64,000 nt of DNA from an uncultured Oscillospiraceae bacterium. GTDB lineage: Bacteria > Bacillota > Clostridia > Oscillospirales > Oscillospiraceae. How positions within the stretch are numbered: the stretch's first letter is position 1; the number at the start of each line of letters is the position of its first letter. Of the stretch, positions 31,469 through 40,846 are shown in pieces. The stretch lies in contig CAZLLK010000005.1 in assembly GCA_964560435.1 (NCBI GenBank), forward strand, positions 5,711 through 69,710, given 5' to 3'. The position numbers and the translations under genes are program-made. The notes beneath the pieces are model-generated. The model worked only from the letters and a program-made list of their open reading frames with translations, did no database searches and was not told the origin of the DNA.

Positions 31469-32006
31469 CTATGATGCGCAGTTGTTGAATGATTTGTTAA
31501 TCACATAGCCCACAAGTCCGCCAGCATAAAGAATGCCGCTCGAGTATGTGGCGTTGACAGTGCCGGAAACGCTTATGTTGCTAATTGTTCCCGTACCGCT
31601 CACAATGCCGAAAAGACCGACATACTGAGTCGTCGTGGTATTAATAGTCATCCCCGAAACGGAGAAACTTCCGCCATTGAAACTACCCACGAAATTAGTG
31701 GTTCCGTTACCTATTGGAATCCAGTAATGCTCGCTCAGGTCGATGCTAGTCCCAAGCGTAACTGTAAAGCCCGAATAGTTCTTGCCCCCGTTTACCGCTA
31801 CTGCAAGTCCCGCGAGCTGCTTAGCAGTCGTTATCGTAATATTTGCAGCAGCGGCGGTTGCAATGGTCGTATCGTAGTTGCCTGAATCCGTCCAGTTCCC
31901 ACTTGTCACTACATCTGCCTGTGCCGACGGCGTTACCGTCGGCACAGGCAGATGTAGTGACAAGTGTGATTATTATCGAAACGACCTTCCGAATCATGTT
32001 TTTCAT
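31469..32006 (-). pseudogene. GLUG-motif surface protein gene, disrupted at 5' end and truncated at 3' end
   Basis: The signal-peptide frame (MKNMIRKVVSIIITLV...) and the body frame (ADVVTSGNWTD...YVGLFGIVSG...YAGGLVGYV) are in different frames, joined at a perfect palindrome. The ORF stops abruptly beside the IS debris. Confidence 0.6.
31900..31966. repeat. Perfect inverted repeat, 31 bp arms with 5 nt spacer
   Basis: 31900..31930 is the exact reverse complement of 31936..31966. I checked this base by base. The spacer is CGTTA. Confidence 0.95.
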
Positions 32007-32252
32007 GGCGAGTCATCCAATGCATTTATTCTTTCTGTTGCTATTGATGGTTGTGTGGTTGGTAATGTTGTTTTGATTCAGTATTCGTCACATTTTCCAG
32101 CCACAACTTGAAAAAAGCTCAACTTAGACATAACCTGTAATACTGGATGGTTTTGCTTAGTGTTATGGACTTCATTCGTTCATCGCTATCTGCGCCATTG
32201 CGTTCAATTCTTTACGCAATTTCGAAAAAATTAGATATATGTATAAATTACT

Positions 32253-33122
32253 TTAAATTAGATTGGAGTTGTTAAGGAGCCTGTAAATAATCACCGTGGC
32301 TTCTGCTCTGGTTATGTTTGCTTTTGGTGCGATGTGCGTAGCATCCTTGCCGTTCACGATCTTTGTGTTGATCATCGCCGCCACCTCTGTTTTGAAGTAT
32401 TCCGCGACTGTCGATGCGTCTTTGTACTGGCTGAAAATTCCACTAATCTTGTCATCCGTTACGCCGGAGGCAAGCCCGGTTATGCTCATCGCTCTATAAA
32501 TCATTGCGAACGCTTGCTCGCGTGTTATTATCCCCTGTGGCTGGAAGCTTTCGTCGCCGTAGCCCTTCACTATGCCCATCTCGTACTCCGTCACAATATA
32601 TTTAGCGCACCAAGAATCTGATGCAACATCGGTATATGCACCGGCATTTTCGGATAGCTTAATTCCCAGTCCCTTTACTACCAGCGCTGCGAACTCCGCG
32701 CGAGTAATGCTCCGCTCAGGTTCGAACCAGTTCCCGCCAACGCCGTTTACCGCCGTTCTCGCACCCATGCTGTTGATTTCTTTCTCCGCCCAGTGTCTTG
32801 AAACATCCGTGTACGCACACGTGTTGAAAATGACTGCGTAGGTGCTATTGCTTAGGCTATTGATCTGTGCATAACTCACGCCGTCAATCGTTACCACCTT
32901 TGTCGGTATGTGCCTCGTTGCGCCGTCCAGTTCAAGAACAATCGCCGTCGTAATTTTTTCAGTCGGTGTACCATCCGGTATCCTAATCAGTCTTGATGTG
33001 TACCTCAGCAGTCTGCCAATTTCATATGTCTTGCCGCCGTATGTCGCCTGTGCCGTTGTAAGCCCTGCCACCTTAGCTTTGGAGTCTAGATTGATAAGAA
33101 ATGAGCCGATTGTTGCACGCAA
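32253..33122 (-). CDS. SLH-domain protein, probably 5'-truncated
   Basis: Three C-terminal SLH repeats (FTDVSRHWAEKEIN, YTDVASDSWCAKYI, YKDASTVAEYFKTEV). It has no signal peptide and only a TTG start abutting the island-end hairpin. Confidence 0.6.
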   Translation of the reverse strand: MRATIGSFLINLDSKAKVAGLTTAQATYGGKTYEIGRLLRYTSRLIRIPDGTPTEKITTAIVLELDGATRHIPTKVVTIDGVSYAQINSLSNSTYAVIFNTCAYTDVSRHWAEKEINSMGARTAVNGVGGNWFEPERSITRAEFAALVVKGLGIKLSENAGAYTDVASDSWCAKYIVTEYEMGIVKGYGDESFQPQGIITREQAFAMIYRAMSITGLASGVTDDKISGIFSQYKDASTVAEYFKTEVAAMINTKIVNGKDATHIAPKANITRAEATVIIYRLLNNSNLI

Positions 33123-33172
33123 TCGGCTTAAGAAAAAAGGACGTTCGGATTTGGATTGCCTAGTTGAGCCAG

Positions 33173-33216
33173 AATAAAGACGTCCTGAACCTCAATGGTT
33201 ACAGGACGTCTTTATT
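33173..33216. terminator. Strong hairpin (candidate island boundary or bidirectional terminator)
   Basis: AATAAAGACGTCCTG / CAGGACGTCTTTATT perfect 15 bp stem. The loop contains CTCAATGGTT, as in the hairpin after tRNA-Pro. Confidence 0.7.
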
Positions 33217-33490
33217 ATTCAGCAGCCCATTTTCGGCTTCAGTGGGAATATGTGTGGACTTGGCAGATAATTGAGCGTTTCAAAGGCATCTGCATTTATG
33301 GTTTTTATAATATCTCCCGCTATTTTCGTTCTTAATGAAAGACTATTGCTCTCGCGAAGAGTGCAGTCTTATTAACGCAACTTTCATCTAAATATTTACA
33401 TTTAAGGTTTTATTTATGATATAATTTTAACCTGAGGACATAAAAAAGATAGAAATATTTGCTATGCTCAATACAAAGGGAGGGATTACT

Positions 33491-34168
33491 TTGAATTATA
33501 AAATCCTGCTCGTTGAGGATGATTTGGATTTGCAAGAAATTATTGCAGACTATTTCGGTGACAAAAGCAAGGAAGAAATGTCGTTCACTTGCATTACTAA
33601 CGGTTCGGAAGCCTTGGCTTATGCAACCGACGGTGCGTTTGATTTAGTACTGCTTGACGTCATGCTGCCGGACGTGGACGGATTTACGATATGCAGAGAA
33701 TTTCGAAAGCACAACGATGTGCCAATCATGTTTTTGACCGCACGGCAGGACGAGACAGATAGGCTTCACGGATACAGCCTCGGCTGTGATGATTACATAG
33801 TAAAGCCTTTTTCCAATGCGGAGCTGTATGCCAAAGCTAATGCGCTAATACGCCGTGCTAAAGGTATCGTCAGAGAATTTGTTTTGACGGTTGGGCAAAT
33901 CAGGCTTGACATTTATCGCTGCACAGTCTTTGTTGATGACTCCGAAATCATACTCGCCCCCAAGGAGTTCGCAATGCTGAAACTTCTAATGGAAAACCGT
34001 GGTCGTGTTGTCAGCCGCGAATCTTTGTTGGTTAGTATTTGGGGATACGACTTTGACGGAAGTGACCGAGTGGTGGATAACCACGTAAAGAAGCTCCGCA
34101 AGGCGCTTGGCATAGCCGCAGGACAGGTAAAAACCGTTGTGAAAAACGGATACAAACTGGAGGAATAG
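33491..34168 (+). CDS. OmpR-family response regulator
   Basis: REC domain (ILLVEDD, DLVLLDVMLPDVDG, KPF) plus a winged-helix output domain. The likely start is TTG 33491, 6 nt after GGAGGG; the ORF track starts at 33464. Confidence 0.9.
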   Translation: MNYKILLVEDDLDLQEIIADYFGDKSKEEMSFTCITNGSEALAYATDGAFDLVLLDVMLPDVDGFTICREFRKHNDVPIMFLTARQDETDRLHGYSLGCDDYIVKPFSNAELYAKANALIRRAKGIVREFVLTVGQIRLDIYRCTVFVDDSEIILAPKEFAMLKLLMENRGRVVSRESLLVSIWGYDFDGSDRVVDNHVKKLRKALGIAAGQVKTVVKNGYKLEE

Positions 34169-34169
34169 A

Positions 34170-35855
34170 ATGAAACCTGTGAAACCTAAGCGTTCAATCT
34201 ATCTTCGGACGTTCGCCTGTCTCTTGAGCATTTGGCTTATTCTTATGTTAGGTTTTTCTGCATATCTTCTTCATGTAGAAAGGATAGCTGCGAAAAATGC
34301 GTTTGATAAGGATATAAACACAGTCTACTCTGGCTTAAACAGTTCAATTCGTGAAAATGAATACAGGCTCCAGCATACTCTGAATTCGTTGAACAACCAA
34401 CAGTTTTCAACCAAGTCGTTTGATTTCGCCGTATATTCAGGAGACTATGATTTAATTTGTGATTTCAGTAACACATGGGTATGCGAATACAGTGTTCCAG
34501 CTGGCGAAGGCATATGGAAACCCACATATAGATTTCTTTATCCTGAGAAATGGTTCAGCGCAGAGGAACTTAAACAAATTGTTTATTACTTAAACTTCAC
34601 GAGCGATTCAAAGAAAATTCGAGATTTGGATAGTTATTCTGTCCAGCTTAAAGGCTATGTTGAAGGGACTGAGTTCATTCCTGAAAAAGTCTATGTAATT
34701 GAAATGTATATAACAAGTGTTGATGACCTCGGGAATGTCTCGAGTGGAGGAACAAGTAGTGTGGATTGTGCTCCGACATTTGATACCGGATATAAAAACA
34801 CAAGTGGTTTGCCCAGTATTGAATTCGTGCATATCAGCGGCGGGTTTAGAAATTATGATGTAAATGCCAAAAAAAGCAAGCCCCATGCAGCGGTAACAGA
34901 TCAAGAGAAACTGAAAAGTGCTATTACTGATTGTGTGCAGGATATTAATAATGGTGTAGAAATCCGGACAGAAGCAATCGGATTTTTCACCGGCCAATTC
35001 TATATGGTTTTGCCTTACAATGATTCGCTTAATTTCATTTCAGGCACAAACCCAAAAATCGGTTGGATTGCCTTCTCAGGGGAGTGCAATTATTTATCCA
35101 ACATTTTCCCTTTGATGCTTGCCGTTTGGCTTATGTGCCTCGGCGTGTTCTCCGGCGCGGCATGGATACTTTCGTCGCAGACTTGGAAGACATATCAAAG
35201 GCGCGAGGAATTGGAACAGCAGCGAAGAGACACCACTAACGCCATTGCTCATGATTTAAAAACACCGCTTGCCGTAATATCCGGCTATGCCGAAAACCTT
35301 GTGAGCAACGTTCACACCGAAAAGCGTGAGCATTACGCCACCCGTATTCTGGAGAACGCGCGGCGCATGGATCAGATTGTTCAGGAGATGCTTGGCCTTT
35401 CGCGTTTGGAATCCGGCACGCAGAAAATTAGTCTGGAAGAGCTTTCGCTGAATGAAGTAACCGAGGCCGTAACTGGTGCTTACGCAGACATCTTTGCAGA
35501 ACAGAACATCACCTGCTCCATCATCGGTGACGCAAGCATTAAGGCTGATAAAACGCTAATTTCGCGTGCAATCAATAATTTTGTCAGCAATGCTGTAACA
35601 AACACAAGTCAAGACGGTGCGATTGAGATTTTGATAACCGACCACCGCTGGTCGATTATGAATACAGGTAATCAAATCCCCGAGGAGCAATTAAAAGCCA
35701 TATGGCAGGCTTATTTCAAAACAGACTCGGCTAGGAGCAATTCCAACGGCTCCGGGCTTGGCCTATCAATAGTCAAGTCGATTATCGAGCTTCACGGGTT
35801 CACCTGCGGCGTAGAAAACGTTGAGCTTGGAGTTCTGTTCTGGTTCGAATATTAA
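34170..35855 (+). CDS. Sensor histidine kinase
   Basis: Two TM segments flank a roughly 270 aa extracytoplasmic domain. H box AIAHDLKTPLAVISGYAENL, N and G boxes (NAVTNT, GSGLGLSIV). Confidence 0.9.
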   Translation: MKPVKPKRSIYLRTFACLLSIWLILMLGFSAYLLHVERIAAKNAFDKDINTVYSGLNSSIRENEYRLQHTLNSLNNQQFSTKSFDFAVYSGDYDLICDFSNTWVCEYSVPAGEGIWKPTYRFLYPEKWFSAEELKQIVYYLNFTSDSKKIRDLDSYSVQLKGYVEGTEFIPEKVYVIEMYITSVDDLGNVSSGGTSSVDCAPTFDTGYKNTSGLPSIEFVHISGGFRNYDVNAKKSKPHAAVTDQEKLKSAITDCVQDINNGVEIRTEAIGFFTGQFYMVLPYNDSLNFISGTNPKIGWIAFSGECNYLSNIFPLMLAVWLMCLGVFSGAAWILSSQTWKTYQRREELEQQRRDTTNAIAHDLKTPLAVISGYAENLVSNVHTEKREHYATRILENARRMDQIVQEMLGLSRLESGTQKISLEELSLNEVTEAVTGAYADIFAEQNITCSIIGDASIKADKTLISRAINNFVSNAVTNTSQDGAIEILITDHRWSIMNTGNQIPEEQLKAIWQAYFKTDSARSNSNGSGLGLSIVKSIIELHGFTCGVENVELGVLFWFEY

Positions 35856-35876
35856 CTTAATTGGCCTTCCGTTTTA

Positions 35877-35925
35877 GGTGGGTGTCCTACAAAAATTAAT
35901 TGTGGACACCCACCATTTTACTGTT
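35877..35925 (+). terminator. Rho-independent terminator
   Basis: GGTGGGTGTCC-ACA / TGT-GGACACCCACC stem followed by a T-rich tail. Confidence 0.7.
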
Positions 35926-36267
35926 TTACTAAATAAAGCATTCAAGGTAGTATGAAGAGTGGTTAAATTTAACAGTTTATGCACAGCTTACCCAGCAAGA
36001 ATCGCAATCGATTTTTCTTTGGAAGGTTACTTAAAAACATCAAAATAGCACGCAATTCCGAAAATCATCAGATTCATAATGCCTTGCGGACGTTTTTTTA
36101 AGAACTTGAAAAAGCCCATCAAGGTAATTTTATTGATTTCGCATCTCAATTTCAGAGAAGAACTAAAAAAGACTATCCAATCGTGATTATAGGCGAGGAA
36201 AACTTGCTCTCTTTGGCAATGTAGAGAAATCAGCATTTGTTTAATTTACATAAATTGGAGGAAGCAC

Positions 36268-37398
36268 ATGGATTATCAACGACTATTTGAAACCGGAGTA
36301 TCAGGAGATGCGGTAAAGGAATGGCGTGCAAAGGGCAAGAAGGCGCTGGGAGTTATCTGCTGTCATGTTCCCGAAGAAATCTTGCACGCAGCCGACATCT
36401 TGCCCGTTAGGCTCAGAGGAACCGACTGTGCCAACAGCGTAGATGCAGAGACATGGATGAGTAGCTTCAGCTGTAGCTTTGTCAGATGCATTCTGCAGTA
36501 TCTGATGGACGAAAAATACCAACTCGACGGTGTTGTTACCTCAGACGGCTGTGCGATGGTCACCCGCCTTTTTGACAACATCAAATATTTGAACGAAAAA
36601 GACAGTTGGGGCAAGTACTTAAACTTCTTAAATGTTCCTCGCATTTCCGATGATTTAAGCATTGAATTCTATAAGGATGAGCTAAAGCTCTTTATAGAGG
36701 ATATCGAGAAGTTTTCCGGCAACAAAATCACCGACGAGAAGCTGCGGGACTCCATCGAGCTTTACAACGAGGCTCGTAGACTTACCATGGAAATGTACGA
36801 GCTGCGCAAGGCCGACAAGCCCGTTCTTACCGGAACGGAAGCTCTAAAGGTTACGCTGGCGTTTACCGAACTGCCGGTGGAAGAATACATCGAGATGATG
36901 AAGTCTTACCTTGAGGATTTGAAAAAGCGTGAGAGTCTCACCGGCTACCGCGCAAGATTTGTTGTCATCGGCTCCGCCCTTGATGATCCCGAATACCTCA
37001 AGATTATTGAGGACAAGGGAGGCCTAATAGTAGGCGACGTCCTTTGCTTCGGCAGCAGACCCTTTGAAAAGCAATGTGTCGTCAACGATTCCGATGTGCT
37101 TGGCAGCCTTGCCAAGTATTATCTGGAAAGGCTAATTTGTCCGCGCATGGTCGATTCCAGAGTCGAACTCCACCACGAGGTCGTAAACGTGGCAAAGGAA
37201 TACCATGCCGACGGCGTTATTTACCAGAAAATGCAGAACTGCGAGGTTTGGGGCTCCGAAAACTTCTTGCTCAACGCAGATTTGGACAATGCAAAGATAC
37301 CCTATCTTATATTGCAGCGAGAAGAAATTCTTTCCAATGAAGGTCAGTTAGCGATTCGCGCCGAAGCCTTCATCGAGATGGTTGAAAAGGAGGGCTGA
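36268..37398 (+). CDS. 2-hydroxyacyl-CoA dehydratase family, beta-like subunit
   Basis: Paralogue of 6751..7884, with collinear similarity along the whole length (e.g. WRAKGKKALGVICCHVPEEILHAADILPVRL, YNEARRL, DDPEYLKIIED). Confidence 0.75.
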   Translation: MDYQRLFETGVSGDAVKEWRAKGKKALGVICCHVPEEILHAADILPVRLRGTDCANSVDAETWMSSFSCSFVRCILQYLMDEKYQLDGVVTSDGCAMVTRLFDNIKYLNEKDSWGKYLNFLNVPRISDDLSIEFYKDELKLFIEDIEKFSGNKITDEKLRDSIELYNEARRLTMEMYELRKADKPVLTGTEALKVTLAFTELPVEEYIEMMKSYLEDLKKRESLTGYRARFVVIGSALDDPEYLKIIEDKGGLIVGDVLCFGSRPFEKQCVVNDSDVLGSLAKYYLERLICPRMVDSRVELHHEVVNVAKEYHADGVIYQKMQNCEVWGSENFLLNADLDNAKIPYLILQREEILSNEGQLAIRAEAFIEMVEKEG

Positions 37399-37402
37399 GA
37401 AA

Positions 37403-38698
37403 ATGGCTGATAAACAGGAATTAATTCAAGCGGTGGTTAACGGCGAAATGTCCGCTGTAGACTTCATATGCCAAACCGCTGAGGATACATATGCCCGCGC
37501 TCAAGAGAGAAACCCCGACATTCTCTGGTCGATGGACGCAATGCTTGCCCACTGGCACATGATTCGTGACGCCCACAAAAACGGCAAAAAAGTCATATTC
37601 TTTGGCGGTCCGGTTCCTATCGACATCATCTATGCAATGGACTGCGTTCCCTTCTACATGAATATGCTACCTACTCGCCTTTCCACCACACCCGAGATAA
37701 ACGGAAAATTTATCGACATAGCGGAAAAATTTGCGGCGCCCAGTATGTGCGGCATGAACAAAACCGAAATGGGTATTTTGCTTTCTGACCAGTTCGGTGT
37801 TAAGCCCGACGCTTTCATTTGGGGTACCGCGCCCTGCGACTCAACTCGCATAGCGTATCCGAACTTCCAAGCCATGCTTCACGTCCCCACATTCACCTTC
37901 GATATCCCCTTCCTCAGAGATGACCGCGGTCTTGAATACCTTGCGGCACAGAACGAAAAATTCATTACATGGATGGAAGAGTTCACCGGCACCAAGCTGG
38001 ATTGGGAAAAGCTGAAATATCGCATGGATTTGTCCAACCAGTCACTGGAGCTTATGGAGCAGTGCGCGAACCTCCGCAAGCACAAGCCATGCCCTCTCCC
38101 CAGCCGTATGCTGGTGCTTAACGAGCTGGCGTCTCCCATGTCATGCACACAAGAGCTGGTGGATATGTTCAAGCAGCAGCTCGCTACGGGTCAAATGATA
38201 ATCGATATGGGACTTGGCGCTTGCATGAACGGCGAAAAGCATCGGGCTTGCATACTCCAGAATATGCTGTGGTCGAATATCGGCACTCTGGACTGGATGG
38301 AAAGAGAATATGACACGATAACGGTTATGGATGGCTTTGGATATAAGGACAAAAACACCTTTGACGACTTGAACGATAGACACCTGTGCATGAAACAGCT
38401 TGGTCTTAAAATGATTGACACACCTATGGTTCACGGCGCCGGCGGCCCCGCCGATCGTTTTGTGAATATGGTGGACGGCATTATGGGTGATTACGGCGTT
38501 GACGTTTCAATATTTATGGGTCACGTCGGCTGCAAGCACACATGGGCCGTGGCGAAAATGGTTACCGACATGATTCAGCAGAAGTATGGACTTCCAACGC
38601 TTTATATCGACGTTGATAGTCTTGACGGGCGTTACAAATCCACAGAGGATATTAGAGCGTCAATTACCGAATACATGGATACCGTTGTTAACAAATAG
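37403..38698 (+). CDS. 2-hydroxyacyl-CoA dehydratase family, alpha-like subunit
   Basis: 431 aa from ATG 37403, after AAGGAGGG, and 5 nt past the upstream stop. HGD-D family features include the conserved Cys positions (APSMCGMNK, TAPCDSTR). Confidence 0.7.
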   Translation: MADKQELIQAVVNGEMSAVDFICQTAEDTYARAQERNPDILWSMDAMLAHWHMIRDAHKNGKKVIFFGGPVPIDIIYAMDCVPFYMNMLPTRLSTTPEINGKFIDIAEKFAAPSMCGMNKTEMGILLSDQFGVKPDAFIWGTAPCDSTRIAYPNFQAMLHVPTFTFDIPFLRDDRGLEYLAAQNEKFITWMEEFTGTKLDWEKLKYRMDLSNQSLELMEQCANLRKHKPCPLPSRMLVLNELASPMSCTQELVDMFKQQLATGQMIIDMGLGACMNGEKHRACILQNMLWSNIGTLDWMEREYDTITVMDGFGYKDKNTFDDLNDRHLCMKQLGLKMIDTPMVHGAGGPADRFVNMVDGIMGDYGVDVSIFMGHVGCKHTWAVAKMVTDMIQQKYGLPTLYIDVDSLDGRYKSTEDIRASITEYMDTVVNK

Positions 38699-38764
38699 GG
38701 CAACTACAAAGCCTCACGCTTGGCAAGCCTAGAATTAAGAACAGCAAAATTACTGCCAGATATA

Positions 38765-38810
38765 GAAAATCGCACTGAAAACGAGTTTTCAGTGCGATTT
38801 TCTATTTTGA
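38765..38810 (+). terminator. Rho-independent terminator
   Basis: GAAAATCGCACTGAAAAC / GTTTTCAGTGCGATTTTC, an 18 bp stem, then TCTATTTT. Confidence 0.8.
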
Positions 38811-38876
38811 AAGAATGTTTGTGTTCATTTGACCACGCATCATTTTGAGAGCCTTCCGACAAAAACGTCCTCAACC

Positions 38877-39575
38877 CTAATCGCGTCTACTGCTAACGAG
38901 CACAAGAAGTCTAAGGAGCTGTGCAAGCGAAACAGCTAACGCGGCAACATAGGTCATCGCGGCGGCGCGAAGCACCTTGCGTGAGCCTTCAAGTTCACTG
39001 TCCGAGAGCATTCCCTGCCCCTCGATAGACACAAGTGCGCGGTGACTGGCGTTGAATTCTACCGGAAGCGTGACGAGCTGGAAAAAGACGCAGACAGCAA
39101 AAAATACAATGCCGACATAGGCAACCGTTAAATACAGCTCCCCATAATAGCTCATTAAAAGTCCTAGGATAACAAGCGGCATTGCAAGCTTTGAGCCGAT
39201 GTTCGTTGCAGGGATAATCGCCGCTCTCAGCTTTATCGGCCCGTAACCCTGCGCGTATTGCAAAGCGTGTCCTGCTTCGTGACAGGCAACTCCAATCGCA
39301 GCGGTCGAAGTGCTGTCAAAGACGGGCTGTGAAAGACGGATTACGTTCTCTTTGGGGTCGTAATGGTCAGTGAGATTGCCCGCAATGCGCTCAATGCGCG
39401 TGTTTGTAAGCCCGTTCAAGTAAAGCACCCGTTGCGCTGCCTGCGCGCCTGTTATGCGTGATGCCGAATACTGCTTGCTGTATTTATTGAATGTTGATTT
39501 CACCCCTGCGCTTGCAATCAAGGCAAAGATTACAGCCGGCAGGACGATATATAAATATGCCATGTCAAAATACAT
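38877..39575 (-). CDS. Membrane zinc metallopeptidase (Zn_peptidase_2-like)
   Basis: 232 aa with the HEAGHALQ zinc motif and TM helices at the N- and C-termini. Confidence 0.8.
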   Translation of the reverse strand: MYFDMAYLYIVLPAVIFALIASAGVKSTFNKYSKQYSASRITGAQAAQRVLYLNGLTNTRIERIAGNLTDHYDPKENVIRLSQPVFDSTSTAAIGVACHEAGHALQYAQGYGPIKLRAAIIPATNIGSKLAMPLVILGLLMSYYGELYLTVAYVGIVFFAVCVFFQLVTLPVEFNASHRALVSIEGQGMLSDSELEGSRKVLRAAAMTYVAALAVSLAQLLRLLVLVSSRRD

Positions 39576-39793
39576 AGGTGTTCTCCTTAGAATTCATATT
39601 CTCAAAATCTCGTAACTAGATATTATTCTCTTTGCTAAATATACTAGCTCAACTAGCGAGATAATTCATCAATAATCTGTTAATTTTACATTTTGCTCTC
39701 AACTAGCGCGATATTGACTATTTCTTATCATAGTATTATGGTAAAATTATCCTGTCTAGAAATTAATATTACTTCATATGGAGGATTCGGCTT

Positions 39794-40696
39794 ATGGAAG
39801 AAGAAAACAAAAGCGTTTTAGGCATTGCTTATCTTTACTCTACTATTTTAGCTATATTTGCGATAGCAACATATTTGCAGTTATTATTTTATAACCCTAT
39901 TGATAAGTATTATATAAAAGCTTTCGTATTATTATTTGGTACATATGCAGCAATTTGGTTTATATTGTTTAAGCTCAACAAAAAACGAAATCAAAGAATT
40001 GGCGAAATATTTAAAGATTGTACTGCCAGGAAAACAATAGGCGTTATTATTTTAATAAGCGGCTTTACCAGTTTGTTGGGATATATTATTAACGCCATTA
40101 GCTCTGCATCTATTATGCTCGAAACCGAAACGTTTTCGAGTATTATTCCAATTATTATATCTGTATTACTAGTCGTTTGTCAGGTTCTTATTGGATTATA
40201 CTTTTTGAAATGCAAACGCAAAACCGATGGAGTGTGCAAATCTGAAACCGTGATTGGCATTGCCTTTCTTTACTCAATTATTAACTTTGTTTTTTCTCTT
40301 GTAGAGAAGCTTTCACAGGCCACTATTTCTCAACATTCGTTAGATGAATATTTTTCCTTGTGGTTCGTGCCCTATGTTATAATATTGTTGGTATTATATA
40401 TACTCAACAACAAGCAAAGTCAAAGCTTTATTTCGATATTTAACAATAATACTATCAGAAAAGCAACAGGTGTTTTAGTATTAATAGAAGGCTTAATAAG
40501 CTTATCACTACTAATAAATACAGTTATAAACTCCATTTGGCTCAGAAGCTTTATCGGCGTAAATGGTTACCTCTTAGTTCAAAGTATTACCCGAAGTATT
40601 GTTGGTTTTTTAATTGTTGTGATCCAAATTCTTTTTGGAATATACCTGCTGAGGTTTAATAAAGAAAAAACCGCCAAACATTATATAGAGGAATAA
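39794..40696 (+). CDS. Hypothetical membrane protein with internal tandem duplication
   Basis: 300 aa. Its two roughly 150 aa halves align with each other (see finding). The gene is very AT-rich. Confidence 0.6.
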   Translation: MEEENKSVLGIAYLYSTILAIFAIATYLQLLFYNPIDKYYIKAFVLLFGTYAAIWFILFKLNKKRNQRIGEIFKDCTARKTIGVIILISGFTSLLGYIINAISSASIMLETETFSSIIPIIISVLLVVCQVLIGLYFLKCKRKTDGVCKSETVIGIAFLYSIINFVFSLVEKLSQATISQHSLDEYFSLWFVPYVIILLVLYILNNKQSQSFISIFNNNTIRKATGVLVLIEGLISLSLLINTVINSIWLRSFIGVNGYLLVQSITRSIVGFLIVVIQILFGIYLLRFNKEKTAKHYIEE

Positions 40697-40846
40697 TTTA
40701 CTGGAGGAATTCCCACATTTTTCACTCCCCTCTTCCAATTCTCCGCAAAATGTAGTATTTTTATAATTATCAAGCCGTATAAAATAAAAGGAGAAAAGTA
40801 ATGGAGCGCCCACTAATCGGAACGACTCCATTATACGTTAATACTT

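Larger units (their letters stand above)
21541..33216. mobile_element. Putative degraded integrative island at tRNA-Pro
   Basis: The arrangement is tRNA, dead integrase, accessory cargo, IS3 debris and broken genes. It is bounded by two hairpins that share the core TCCTG-N-CTCAATGGTT-N-CAGG (21548..21571 and 33183..33205). Confidence 0.35.

Noticed and set aside
36027-36236. 69 aa minus-strand ORF upstream of the dehydratase-like pair
   Set aside because: It has no RBS, an odd composition, and lies in a promoter region. I could not match it to any family.
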